From NCBI GenBank assembly GCA_054600435.1, contig BAAIJX010000028.1, positions 124,001-188,000 on the forward strand: 64,000 bases of DNA, given 5' to 3'. Position 1 is the stretch's first letter, and each line of letters opens with the position of its first letter. This DNA comes from Neophaeotheca triangularis. Lineage: Eukaryota. Positions 11,668-24,739 of this stretch are shown piece after piece. The translations under genes were made by a program, and so were the position numbers. Below the pieces are notes generated by a model, which worked only from the letters and a program-made list of their open reading frames with translations, searched no databases and had not been told where the DNA came from.

Positions 11668-12396
11668 AGTGTCGATGGACTGGATTGAACGGCAGAAAGA
11701 TTATCGGTATGGGAGACTGGTAGACTGAAATTACCGTGACTTGATAGAAAGGGCGAATGACTTTTTCTTGAGATGGAAGAGTCTACCTACCTTTAGGCAT
11801 TGTGTAGAGGATCGAGAGTGCGGGTGGTGGATGTTGGTTGCGATACGGTCAGGTAACAGCCCAGTGGTATCCATGTCGTCACCACATCTAGATCACAGCG
11901 CTGTAATGCCAAGAATACCACACGACGTTTGACGTTCCAGACTTTTGCAACGGCGGAACAAACACAGAAACAACAAGGCATATCTCCAGACTTTCATCGC
12001 ATGGTCGCCACCCTCGTCATTTCCACGGTACGAGCGTCGAATCCCGCGTGCGGCAGGGCAGTAGCGCAAAGTCAATGGCCAATATCACCGTCTGGACTGC
12101 CATTTGCAAGTCTTTTCCCCCACATGAGCTTGCTTGTTACCCTTTAAATAAGCACCATCTTGACTATCTTCGATGGCCGTTGACCTCATCGGTGGCGGTA
12201 CGGCGGAGTTTGTAGGGATTTGACAACAAACGTGCGCGTCTTGAGAGTATGTATAACTCGACATTGGTAGTACCGAGAAAGGTAGGATCTTCTCCCGTTC
12301 CTCGTCTTTTGAAGTCAGATTCTTCCACCCGTTACTGTCTGGCTCGCTGTCTATATCGCGTGGTCGACAAGTCACCCGGTAGAGGACCAACAAAAC

Positions 12397-13739
12397 ATGA
12401 ACATCAACGTAAGTCTCATCTTATAACGCTACTACCACTTCTAGGCGAACACTAAACCCTTCAGACTCCGCTCCAAGGCGCAACCCTTGCCATCCCTTTC
12501 ACCAAAGCAGCCGACCCCGAGAAACGTGATGAAGCTCACGCTGAAGCGTTTCGGCTGCCCTTTATACGACGCATCCCCGATGGGATCCGCAACCACTTCA
12601 TCGCCATGTGCGGCGAGTACGTCGGGACGGTGCTTTTTCTCTACTTCGCCCTTGCTGGAACACAAGTAGCAAACAACGTACCGACATCCTCGGGAGCCAC
12701 GGTGGAAGAAGTTGGCAGTAATCCGCAGCAATTGCAGTACATCGCTTTGAGCTTCGGTTTCTCGCTCGCGGTCAACGCCTGGGTCTTTTTCCGAATCTCA
12801 GGAGGTCTTTTCAACCCAGCCGTCACATTCGGAATGTGCTTAATCGGAGCCTTGCCCTGGTTTCGTGGTGTGCTGCTCTTCTTCGTGCAAGTACTAGGTG
12901 GTATCACGGCTGCTGCGCTGGTCTCTTGTATGTTTCCTGGGCCGTTAACTGTGCGCACTTCCCTTGGTGGCGGAACTACCGTCGTTCAAGGCTTGTTCAT
13001 TGAGATGTTCCTTACCGCTGAGCTCGTCTTCACAATCTTCATGCTGGCAGCGGAAAAGCACAAGGGCACATTCATTGCGCCCGTTGGTATCGGGTATGTC
13101 TTTCTTTTTCCCCCTTGTTTGTCTCACACAGCGCTCCTCACTAACACGAAAAACAGCCTCTCTCTCTTTGTTGCTGAGCTCGTAGGGGTCTACTTCACCG
13201 GCGGCAGTCTAAACCCTGCTAGATCCTTCGGCCCCGCCGTAGTCTCCCTCGACTTCTACAGCTACCACTGGCTTTACTGGGTCGGACCCTTCTTAGGCTC
13301 CATTGTTGCAGCAGGTTTCTACAAGTTCATCAAATTCCTCGAATACGAGACTGCCAACCCCGACCAAGACATGGACCACATCGAGCCCAAAGCCTCCCCC
13401 CAGATCGCTAACGCCTATAATGACCCCCGCCGTCGTAGCGGTTCGAGCCACACTTACGGCGACTTTGCCGATCGCAACAACGGGCCAACGACGATGAATC
13501 CGCAACAGACGGCGAGCAGAGTAACCGCTAGTCCGGCTATGGGGACTGCAGATGATGCTTTTGCGGGGCTAGAACGTGGTGGCATGCATGGTGGACAGCA
13601 AGAACATTCCCATCAGTTGACCGGTAGTCCGGCAATGGTTGTGAGCGATGGAATGGCCAGTACGGCTACCAGGCAAGGTCTTGTGAGGAGGAAAACGGAT
13701 CGGATGGATGGTGGTGTGTCGGATTCCAGGCCAGCGTAA
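12397..13739 (+). CDS. Aquaporin (MIP family) with a long disordered C-terminal tail
   Basis: Two NPA motifs (SGGLFNPAVT, GGSLNPARSFGP), six hydrophobic helices and WLYWVGP; short first exon MNIN, introns at about 12409-12464 and 13094-13156. Confidence 0.95.
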
Positions 13740-14870
13740 TAAGGTCACGTACCTGTGATATTTGTTAAGAGCCGTCGGTCAAAAAGTCAAGTAATTTGAG
13801 CTCATAGGTCCTCTACTCCGATCCCCTGTTGAAGATCAGACCTGGCAGCCTTGATATTGTCGCTGGAAGTGGTAGGTCGCGTTCACCGAGGGTACCAATA
13901 CTGGTTTCCTTCGTGACGACCAACGAAGCATCTCCATATCTACATCGTCGAATGGTCTTCCAACTAGTCGCGAGCAACGAAAGGGCCCAAGCTCTGACAC
14001 TCTGGTGGTACACGGAAAACTCTGTCCTCTGACCGAACATGACCGAGCGCCACGAGAATGTTCGCCTCGTGAGACGGTGAACAACAACAATAATACCATC
14101 TTCCACCTCTTAACCCCTTACAAACTGCTCCTCTCATATCCATTGGCCCTTTCCTAATCTTCGATTCTATGCGGGATGTGCATGGGACAGCAGCGCCAAT
14201 TCAAGGCCTTCAACAATTCCTCAGCACGCTGCCCATAGCATCGCGCAAGCGGCGTGGTAAGGTTATGCGGTGTGGAGAAGTCCATAAACGCTGGAAATGA
14301 ATATCGTGCGAAGCGTCTTCAAAGTTGCAATGCCTTGCAGCCGAGTATCTCGCAGTCTTCCTACATCAACCGAAAGAACCCACAACCTATTTGCTCGTCC
14401 CGCAAACCCGGCATGTAGATCCTTCTCTAATCCGAAGGTAGCAAGATCACCACGGCGTCGAGGACCGCATTTGAAACATGGATCGAAAAATCACTTGAAT
14501 TTCGATCATTTCTCATGAGCTCGATGATCAACCATATGCACGCTAGCTTGGTGCACCATCATGCGATAGCTAGCTCAAGACCTCTTGTGAAACTTCGACA
14601 GCGGGAACTATCGAGAATGCCATCTAGCAGTATGAGTAGTAGTGGGTTGCATGAAAGCAGTACGGGAAAGGCCGTGGGCATTGTAGCCAAGTCTCGCCAA
14701 GGAGAATCAGCCCAGTAAGGTACAGTTACAAGAAGTTGGTATGCGAGACATGGGTTAACAAGGCGTCACCGGTGTGATTACACAGGCCCAGGCTGAAAAG
14801 GAGAGAGGGAGGCTTGAGGGCTGGTTAAAGCAAGCCGGACAAACCACAAATATTTCGATGCCTCCTTGGC

Positions 14871-14895
14871 CGTCGTCGTCGTCGTCGTCGTCGTC
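14871..14895. repeat. (GTC)n microsatellite
   Basis: About 8 consecutive GTC units. Confidence 0.9.
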
Positions 14896-16413
14896 ATGAC
14901 GTAAACATGCTGCATAGTGGTGTAACGTCGAGAAGACTTTCAGTACCAGGTCCGGTAAGGAAACTTTGGTCTGCGGCTTGTAGCTTGGTAGGGGCAAATA
15001 GGTCGTTGATACGTGGGCTCAAACAGCCGTTGGGTATGGGATTTGGAAGATCTTGGGACTTTGTGCTGCATATCTTTTGACGGAAATGAAGATAAAAGCG
15101 TATACAACAGTCGTGGCGGGGGGTGGAAAGAGGTTTGTTGACACTCAAATTAGATTGTCGTGATATGGTCACTGGCAGAAGGGCGAAACCAGGATTATGA
15201 CTTCCCACAACCATCCCTGTTGCGCCGGGTATGGCCATGAAATTCATTCGAGAAATGCTTGACTGTCTCCCATGCAAACGATGAAGCTTCCACACTGTAA
15301 GAACAAAGACTCTTCGTTTTAGTCTTGATCGAGGAAATCCGAGGCAAATGCACGTCGTCTGTGGGTAAAGTTCTCAACAGTAGCAGTGAGCCATACACTT
15401 GCTGCGGAATCGTGTTGTTGCCGGGTTGTGTTGATGCTAGATGAGTCTATATCATCGGTACCGAGTAACGATTGACGCAAGGTAAACGCGGCGCAGCGAA
15501 TGAAGTTGAAAGTAAGGGTCAGCTGCCTGACAGCCAACCAATGATCGGCAGGCTGATGACCTTGGGCCGCGGACAGTCAGGGCATCAGGAACATGAGCGT
15601 GAGGGTGACTTGCCATGAAGTTCAAGGTGGAATACTTTCACAGAGATTGACTACATGGCTGACATCTACCAGCATTTCCGGTATCTTCTCATAATGATTC
15701 ACGCCTTCTCGTCGAGGTGTGACGGACGAGGTAATGGCTAACTGATGGCTGATGCCTCATCAATCGATTATTAGATACAGGGATGAAAATCAAATATGGA
15801 CTGGTAGGTTAGCAGCCACTTACGTGAACGGTAAAGGACCCTGCTGCGTATCTAGGTACTAGAGGGTTATGTGGCGGCGGGCCGAGGTATGCCTTCAGAC
15901 AAAGACTTGTCGACGTCTTGGGGTCTTGAGAGGAGAGGGGTGGGGTGAATCGGGTGAGGTTGCAAGGAAATGCGGAGAATTGTCAACTTGCCTCGGTGGG
16001 TGTATTTCGATACCCCAAACTGATGTTCAAGGTTTAAGCTTATTTGCAGATCTCCCGCCATCCTGCTCTACTTCCACCACTCCGTGCAGACGGAGAAGTG
16101 ACAGTGCTCGGTGGATCGTCATGCATCCCCATTTCATCCAATGGATCGACAACCATGTGTGGATCCTCACATACCTATCCACCTGTGGAATGCCCAAAAC
16201 GTTGCCTCCACAATGGACAAGTACATTCCCGTCACCACCTTACGCCGAGGATCGATGATACGCCAGTCACGATCCCGGGAATCCGGCTGACGAGGATTTG
16301 CTCATCGTTTTTATTGTGTCGACCCAGACATATATGAAGCCGTCTTTGTGCAGTTTTTCCCTTCCAGCAGCAAATTGCCATTCGCACTCTACCAACACTT
16401 TATCTCTCTCATA

Positions 16414-17789
16414 ATGAAAGGAACTATCGCAGCGATCGCTCTCGTGGGCAGCGCCTCAGCCTTTCCCCAGTATGGCTTCGAAGGCCTCAACAAGAAGAGG
16501 AGCCTCGACTCCATCATGAACAGCGAGAACATCGAGAAGCGTCAGACCGAGCCTCCGCAAGGCGCTGGTGTCGCCCCTCCCGTTCCTCCTCCATTCGATG
16601 CCGACCTCCAGCTTGTCAGCGTCAGCGGCGAGCACGAGTTTGTCCCACCTGGCCCTGGCGACGCTCGTGGGCCATGCCCTGGCCTGAACGCCATGGCTAA
16701 CCACGGCTACATCCCCCACAACGGATTCGCTACCCAGCAGCAATTCATCGACGGCACTCAAGAAGTGTTTGGCATGGCGCCTGATCTTGGTGGTTTCTTG
16801 GCTATCCTCGAGAGTATCATCGCTCGCAACCCTGCCGGCTGGAGCATCGACGGCGACCCAACCGGTTCCAACGGTGGTATCGGTGGTAGTCACAGCTTCT
16901 ACGAAGCCGACGCCTCCCCTCTTAGGTCCGACTTGCACCAGTACGGTAGCAACAAGGAGCTCATCCTTTCTCAGTGGGAGGCCCTTAGTGCCCTCCAGCC
17001 AGAGACTGGCGAGAACTTCAACATCCCAGTGCTAGGGAACTTCAAGTCGCAGCGATACGACGAGTCTATCAACAAGAACCCATGGTTTTCATACCAGGTC
17101 TTCTCCGGTCAGCTGGTGTCTGCTGCTGCCTACTCTTTCCGCTACCGCTTCATGGCCAATAAATCCGCCGAGTTCCCCGAGGGTATTCTTGACCGCAATG
17201 TTATGAACTCTTTCGACGCCATCACCTACGAGAACGGTGAGGCAGTCTGGAACGAGGGTCACGAGAGGATTCCTGAGAACTGGTACAAGCGCCACCCTAC
17301 CGATGAGTACAGCATCCCTTACTTCTTCTCCGATGTTCTTTACTTCCAACAACAAGACCCACGCGAACTCCTCGTTGGTAAGTAATGATATTCTTCGAAC
17401 TTTGATTGTCACACTCTAACACACTCTCAGGCTGCAACCAAGGCCAAGTCAACAGCTTCAACGTTATCCAGACCGGTATCGCCACCAATGGCGTCTACAC
17501 CCTCCAGAGCCTCCTCGACAACCCTGCCTGCTTCCTGTCTGGGTTTGCAGAGCTAGCCGTGCCCAAACTTCTCGGTACTGAAGGCGGCAGCGATGGACCC
17601 CTCAGCGGCCTTCTAAACTCCTTGACTGGTATGCTCACTGACCTTACCTCGACCTTGTCCGGTGCTGTTGGTGGAGAGTCGTGTGAGGGTTTCCAAGTCA
17701 ACGAGACTGCGTTCGCCATTTGTCCTGGCTTCGCTCTTTACGGAGGACCTGAGGGTGAGATTGCTCCTGGTGCCGTCCAAACCAGGTAG
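16414..17789 (+). CDS. Secreted heme-thiolate peroxidase / unspecific peroxygenase (long type), 2 exons
   Basis: Signal peptide, KR propeptide sites, RGPCPGLNAMANHGYIPH (PCP heme ligand), EADASPLRSD, GHERIPENWYKR; intron 17378-17430. Confidence 0.93.
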
Positions 17790-18498
17790 ATGGTTTGAAG
17801 ATTTTGTCAAATAATTCGGCTGGACATGTTGGCAATGTCAGCTTGTCGTTACAACCGGTGTGTATGGATTTTACGAAGATGAAGATTGTCATAGACAGAT
17901 AGAGTTTTAATACGTGAGATGTATCACCTTACATCCTACCGATAACTAGCACATTTGGTTTCGAAATATTTCTTATAGCATTATTGAGTATCGAGTATCT
18001 GTGCAAGAAGTTTTTGTTGCTTACAGTGTTTCATAGCGTCTATGCTTATTGATTGTTGGAAATGTTATTGTTGTTGTTGTTCCTAGATTGTCGAAGTTCG
18101 AGACCATGTTGCCTTTCATAGAACCTAGCTCTACCTGACTGCTTAAGCCCGCTTTCTCGCTGCCTGCAACTGCGCATTCACGACTGGATTCGACAAGTGA
18201 AAGCAAGCGTGTTGTGTAGCCTGTAGGTCAGCTTCGCATACTGGCAAGCACGCCAAGCCAGCTAGCGTTATGTAAAAGTGCCGTTACTGACATTCACCTA
18301 TAACACTAACTGAACAAGTTTGCCTAACCTTGAACGATTACTACAACTTTGGATGCATGTTCGCCGCCGAGACTTCTCAACAACACCAACAAAACATTAA
18401 CGAGTTTTTTGCTTGAAGTTGCTTGGTCCCGTGCCTACGTCCAAAGACAAGCTAGCGCTTTTGACTGGAGATTTGTGGAAAGGGAAGGCTCTTGCCAC

Positions 18499-20502
18499 AT
18501 GGAGACCACGAAATTGAAAAGAAGGGAGAGCGGGGAAGAACACAAAATGAGGAAGGAAGAGGAGAGGCGTTGCGTGCGGCTGGGAAAAGTATTCAAGACG
18601 GCGTTCAAGATATCAAAAACGAAGAAGCGTTTCGCGGAGTTCACGAAGGAGGTGCTTAAAGCAGAAAAAGACGAACAAGTTTGCTCGATATACGAAAACG
18701 CCTCCACACAGAAAGAAAAGCGAAAGCAGTCGAAACATGACTTACATCGTCCTGCCACCTATGTCCCGACTGGTATTCCAGGGGCGCACGCAACTCAGGA
18801 AAGCCGAGCTTCATCAACATCAACGACTTACCAAGCGACCATGAATATGCAAACCGGATGCAGCAATGTCACCACCAGCTCAGGCTTGCCCTCTACGGAC
18901 TTGGGTGCAGCTGCCGCTCTCGACGTCTCGCCTCGCACCGGCCTCACCGAAAGATCCGCGATGAAAGTCGAGGACGTCGAGAAACTTGGCGCAGCAGGCC
19001 ATATTGTCGAGGTCAAGATTCGTGGGGAGATCCATCAGCTCATCACCACAACTCCCACTTTCCTGGCAGAGCTGAAGATGAAGATCATCAAGAAACGAGG
19101 GATAGCTGATGACGATTACGACATTAAAGAGGAGGGCACTGAACTCGAGGACAAAGCTTGCAGTATCCGGCGCAGGCAGTGGATACTCCAGAATGAGATC
19201 AACAGGCTAGAGAAGCGGGAGGACTCTAGCGAGCGCGACGACCTTGCTTGCATGCGCGAGGCTTATGCAAAGTTGGTCGATGAACTGCTCGTCCTTCAGA
19301 AGCAACGGGAGTCGCTTGACGAATGCTTGCACGAGTTGCGCGCAAGAGCGTGTCATCTCTATCTGGGCTGCCTCGACACTTTCGACGACGTGTTGGTTAC
19401 CAAAGGCATGCTTGAGCCATTGGCCGCCGAGTCTCCAACGAAAGGACATCAAGGCGTCGACGAAGGTCCTTCGAGTGGTTCGGTCGAGCCTCATCTGCGC
19501 CGCAAGGAAAGCTCGGGGGATCTACGCAGCCAGAACAGCTCCGAGGAGGAAGGCGAGGGTCAAACGAAAGCGCTCCTATCCGGGTACCAGCACGCATTGA
19601 GGACACTGCGATACTGTGAAAACTACCTCAAGGAGAGGTCTGACGAGGCATTCTACGAGCTCCACGACCGCCTCGACATGCTCGAAGCCGGCGAGGAAGT
19701 AGAGTCCGAGCAGGCTTTTGCTGTAAGGCAGTTCCGAGAGACCCAAAAGGCCACTCAAGACGTCATTGCAGCTGAGGAACGTTACTTGGCCGCAAGAGCG
19801 GCGGCGATCCATGCAGGAGTGAAGCCGGGATCCGAGGTTGAGAGTGGTTTCGCAGATGATACGGACGATGGTTATTCGTTGAGCCTCGAAGACGAACTCA
19901 TTAGATGTGTCAATCGTGGAAGCATCGAAAGGTGGCTCAAGCGCATTCCCTCAGTCGCCGTGTCATCCAAAAGCGCGGGAGAGCTTGATTTGAAAGCCAC
20001 GCCAATGAGCTCCATAAACTCTGGAGCAATGGACGATTGGGATCTCGAATCTATGAGCGTGTGGGAAACCTGGTCGAACAAAGCAAATGGAGACGCACGA
20101 ACGCGCATCGACGACTGGAGGGTTACGGCGGAGCTCGCGTATTACGTTACGGGAGAGGTGTTGGGCGACACTGCGGAAGAGAAAGATTGCGAGGGGATTT
20201 TGGGCACGCACCAACATGGCGACAAAGACCTTGCGCCAAAGCCATCTTCAGCCTCCAGCGGCGAGAAAATGGTCGACGGGGTTGCGACGCAGGATACCGA
20301 GGAGCCAGATCACGACGAGGAAACGAGCAGTGAGGCGTCCATCTTCATCGAAGGGGACAGTTTCGAAGAGGCGCCAGTGGCAAAGAATCTGATCCGACAA
20401 ACTTCTTCCAGAGGTTTCAGACGGATCTGCATGTGTAGTCGTGGTCGTCTCCCGTTGAGGATGAGGCACAAGAAGCACGTTTCGCTCTTCAGAGCTTGCT
20501 AG
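18499..20502 (+). CDS. Hypothetical coiled-coil, acidic protein; start codon uncertain
   Basis: Uninterrupted ORF of about 2 kb with heptad-like charged helices and no recognised domain; first ATG at 18499, alternative at 18841. Confidence 0.6.
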   Translation: METTKLKRRESGEEHKMRKEEERRCVRLGKVFKTAFKISKTKKRFAEFTKEVLKAEKDEQVCSIYENASTQKEKRKQSKHDLHRPATYVPTGIPGAHATQESRASSTSTTYQATMNMQTGCSNVTTSSGLPSTDLGAAAALDVSPRTGLTERSAMKVEDVEKLGAAGHIVEVKIRGEIHQLITTTPTFLAELKMKIIKKRGIADDDYDIKEEGTELEDKACSIRRRQWILQNEINRLEKREDSSERDDLACMREAYAKLVDELLVLQKQRESLDECLHELRARACHLYLGCLDTFDDVLVTKGMLEPLAAESPTKGHQGVDEGPSSGSVEPHLRRKESSGDLRSQNSSEEEGEGQTKALLSGYQHALRTLRYCENYLKERSDEAFYELHDRLDMLEAGEEVESEQAFAVRQFRETQKATQDVIAAEERYLAARAAAIHAGVKPGSEVESGFADDTDDGYSLSLEDELIRCVNRGSIERWLKRIPSVAVSSKSAGELDLKATPMSSINSGAMDDWDLESMSVWETWSNKANGDARTRIDDWRVTAELAYYVTGEVLGDTAEEKDCEGILGTHQHGDKDLAPKPSSASSGEKMVDGVATQDTEEPDHDEETSSEASIFIEGDSFEEAPVAKNLIRQTSSRGFRRICMCSRGRLPLRMRHKKHVSLFRAC

Positions 20503-21379
20503 GTAGTGATTTTTTAGCGAGAGTATTTGTTGCGTTTTATAGATTTGACAACCAATTCACGATCATGTCTCGACTATTGGCGTGCGGTATGATGTTCCTT
20601 CGTGAGGTATGAAGTATCATGAAGCAAGAAGACTGACTACTGAGGTGAGGTTGAAGAAAGGTAAGCAGTAGTGGCCGAGGAGAAGCCGGGGATGGAGCCT
20701 CTAGCCGCTTTCGAAGCGCCAAGGCATGTTCTCTCTGTGAGGCATTCATCTTCTACTATCAAGACACATTTGCGGATTACAATAGCCGAGTAGCATCAGT
20801 TGGACCTTAAGTATGTCTTAGTAGGAGAGTGGATATATCCCTTTCTACAAGCATTAGAACAGACTGCCGGCTTTGGCGCCCAGTCCTACTACATTAGCGC
20901 TCAAGTAACGATTACTACCTTAATCATTAATTACTCGACTGAGAACATAAGTTAGATCTTGCAGCTACGTAAACTATATAGATCTTGTCTTACGCCCTTG
21001 TTACCTTTATAATTAGCCGCTTTGTCGCTATTAATCTTTCGTACTTCATGAGAGTAACTTCCTTGCTCACTGCCTGCGCGTGCTATGAATGCTTATACTT
21101 CATTTCCCTTGACTGTAATGCTCTCAGCTCTCCTCTAGTCCTATCAGTACCCACGTTGACTGCATCAGTTCCGTTGTTGGTCACGTCCACGATTAAAGGA
21201 TTCTGATCAGAAGATTTGGTGAAATTGCTGGGGTATGTACAATTGCTTTGGACTAGCTCTGGTATCACTGATCTATCTCGTGAACGTAACTCGTATTCCC
21301 CATGTGCCCAACCACTCCAAAACGACCGTCGCTGTGAAAACTTTCTCAAAAACTAAACCCAAACGAAAACATGCCCCGT

Positions 21380-23062
21380 CTAGTGGTTCCTGTGGATCCC
21401 ACCGGTGACACCGTTAACCGAGCCGGCGTCGACACTGCTCTTGCGAATCTCATTCTGATCAACGACAGAGAGCCTCTTCTGGTCGTAGTGGACGGTCTCA
21501 ACGACACCTCCGACAGCACCACCCTCGAGCGAGGCAGCGACGACAGTCTCACCCTTGATGCGGAGGATGTGGAAACCGTGGCGGGCCCAGTGGTATCCAA
21601 CGTAGGCCAGGACGAAGACGAAACCAACGAGAGGCACAATGTAACTGGTGCGGGTAGAGACGGCATCGGCAATCGCACCTTGGATCGGAGGGAAGACAGC
21701 ACCTGGAGGAATGTTAGAAGATGAACGAGCTTGAATGATTGGAGATGAGTTGGATCTTACCTCCAGACACGCCCATGACGAGGATACCGGAAGCGCGACG
21801 GGTGTGACGGCCCAGATTTGCGGTTCCGAGAGCGAAGATGGCCGGGTACATGGGGGCCTCGAAGAAGAAGATGACGATGAGGACGGCGACCGCGGACACA
21901 CCCTTACCGGCGCAAATGTAAGCGTTCATGGCAATGGCGATGATGGCGTAGGCAGTCAGCAGGAAGTTGCTCTCGAGGAAGTACGAAAGACCGGTAGCGA
22001 CGAAGCGGCCAACTGTGAAGGTGATAAGGGCGTAAGACAGCATCTGCGCAGCCTGCGTGGCCGTAAGATCTGCGTTCTCGGTCGCGTAGTTGATAAAAAA
22101 CGTGGCGATCGTTACTTGAGCGCCAACGTAGCAGAACTGGGCGCCAAAACCGGCAATCATGTTCCACTGCTTGTAGATGGGGCCGGCGCCGATTTCTCGG
22201 CCGTTGGCGTCGACAACGGCCTCGATATCGCCCTCAGAGGCGACGGAGCTACGGCGTTGGGGAGTCTCTGCGACTTCAGGGATGCGGGCGAAGAAGAACA
22301 TGACAGCAACTGCCACACCTGCGCAGGCGACAGCCAGGTATACGTATTGGACATTGGTGAGGCTGTCGGCATTTTCGCCCTCGAAGAAGTACTCTGTGAA
22401 TGTTGTTAGTGGGCTGACCTTTGATGACGAGGAGTGGGAAGAGCTGCTTACTGGAGGCGATCAGAGGTCCGACGAAGGAAGCCAATCCGTTGAAAGACTG
22501 GCAGAACTGGAGACGTGCAGAAGCGAGGGAAGGCTCGCCAATGACAACTGCGTAGCTGTTTGCGCTGGTCTCAAGTGTTGCAAGACCGCAAGCGATGACA
22601 AGGGTGCAAGCAAGGAAGCCACCAAAGGCAGCAGTGCCGTTGTTGGGGTCGGCGAATTTGGCGGTCGGCCAGAACATGACAGCTCCGAGAGAGTAGAGGG
22701 AAAGACCCATAAGGATGGTGAAGCGGTAGCCTTTGCGCTTGAGGACTTCAGCCGCGATGGGGGAGAAGCAGAGGTAGCCTCCTCCAAAGTACATGACCTA
22801 TGGGTGACGTTAGTGGGTTTACGGTCGATTATCGGCTCAGAGAAGCCGTGGTTGGAGGGAAAGGTACCTGAAGCCCAGTGCTTTCAAGACGTGTGATGCC
22901 GAGGACCTCTTGGAAATGCTTGTTGAGAACATCGAGAAGACCGTAAGAGAACCCCCAGAGGAAGAAGAGCGAGATGACCAGGGAGAGGGGGAAGATCAAG
23001 GCCTTGCCAGTGAGGTAGCCGCCTGCGACTGGCGCAGTATTGATAGGAACGCCACCACCCAT
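21380..23062 (-). CDS. MFS sugar:H+ symporter, FucP (L-fucose / glucose-galactose permease) family
   Basis: LFFLWGFSYGLLDVLNKHFQ, LATLETSANSY, RLQFCQSFNGL, AQFCYVGAQV and GAVFPPIQG across 4 exons. Confidence 0.92.
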
Positions 23063-24739
23063 TGTGATGATTGTAAGGCGAGAGAGGTTGAAGAGGTTGT
23101 TGTCGAGTGGTCTTGATTGATGATGGTCGAAGATGTGGCGAGACGAGTTGTCGTTGAAGAAAGACTGATACAGGCGAGTGATGCTGTATATTTAACGAAT
23201 GTTGCTCGAGTCCTGATAAAGAACGATCAGGTAGAAGGAGCTGTGTTTGCTTGGTGTGATGATCTCCAACAACTGGCGGGCACAAGTGATGATCTTATAC
23301 CTAGAGAGCCCCCAGGTGTTCCAGCTCTAGCCTTGGGGTATCCCCATGGTGTTTGTGGATGCTGATCGCGAGACCGTAGTCTAGCTCACCATGTGCGGCT
23401 CGAATGGTTAGAGTTCCGTCTACAAGCGTCGAACTTCGCCGCTACTGTACAAAGGTCGGTGCTCGTGGCTGATCTTTTCGCCTCCCAATCGGCCCGTCAA
23501 AGTCCATTGACAGCACTTTTGGTCGCGCATTGACATTCGCCGCCTCCAGCCGCTCTGGTCCTTGGAGTCGGAGAGCCCCGCCAAGATTCACCCCATTGCA
23601 ATATCATCAATCGCTCCCACTCCCATGGGGCTCCAAGTCTCACAGTGGGGCTAGCAACGGGCGTGCGCTCGGACATGGTGGAGTTGGAACAAACGATAGT
23701 AGGAATTAATTCACCCTCAACAGGATTTTCTCGTGCTCGTGCTCTTCGAATGCAGAAAGAGCCGGCCGTCGCAGATCACCTTCATCGTCTGATGCTGCTG
23801 CTGATCGACTGCTGCTTTCAGAGAGGCGAAAATGGCGAAAAGAAGCAAGCCCTCTCACGTGGTCGTTATGACGCTCAATCTATCGTGCAAAGGCCCGGGG
23901 CTAGGTCCGTAAGCTCTTCGTATGGTGCAAATCTGTAACAAAACCTCGTGCGTCTCCCACACCAAAGGCAATCTTCAAACTCCGCCAGTACCAATCTCTC
24001 CATAGTGCGGGGCATTGTCCGGGATGTGGATGACAATCAAAGACTAAAGCAGAACACGGCGTAATTGCTCGGCCTTATTATGCGTCAAGTGTACATGATG
24101 CAGGTGGGATTGATGGCGGTTGTAGACGCGAACAAGCAACAGCCACTGGCCAGGTTTGACAACCTTGGAAGATTGATGAAGTTGTTCGCATGCGACGCAA
24201 CGAGTCTGGAACCCGCGCTAAGGTAGACGAGCAACCTTGCACGTGAGCTTCGTTTCGGCCCTTCTCTGCATGGAAGGTTTCGCAGACCAATCAACAAAAG
24301 AGGCTGGCCCGTCTTGCGTTTCTAGCGTCTTTCTAGCGCAGATCTGATCTTCGGAGTCCGGACGGGTCTCGATCTCTATATCCCAAGGCAGACGGGAATG
24401 TCAAAGCTTCATCGTTGACGGCTGGGGTTTTGGCCAGGCGAATAGCCATACCTCGTTCGTTGACAATGCAATCTCATCAATGTCAAAAGAAATCACGTTG
24501 AATGTGGGCCTGATTATGCCGAGTCGTATGTTTGCAACTATGCTGGAGGGATGAACCAATGCTTCCGCTAAGAGAAGGCAGCAGTGAGGAAGCGCTTTAG
24601 GCATCTCGTCTAACAGAAGAGCTCAGCGTTCGATAAATCACAAGAGGCAATAGCATTGCAACGATCAAGTCACCGCCGATCCAGATCCACCTCATACTCG
24701 CCAACTCGCACCATCTCATAGCCTTCGCAAGACCCTACT

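Noticed and set aside
5495..17789. Cutinase, DUF3328, aquaporin and peroxygenase as one biosynthetic gene cluster
   Set aside because: There is no backbone enzyme or shared pathway logic, and long intergenic gaps separate them; only the adjacent DUF3328/secreted-protein pair was retained
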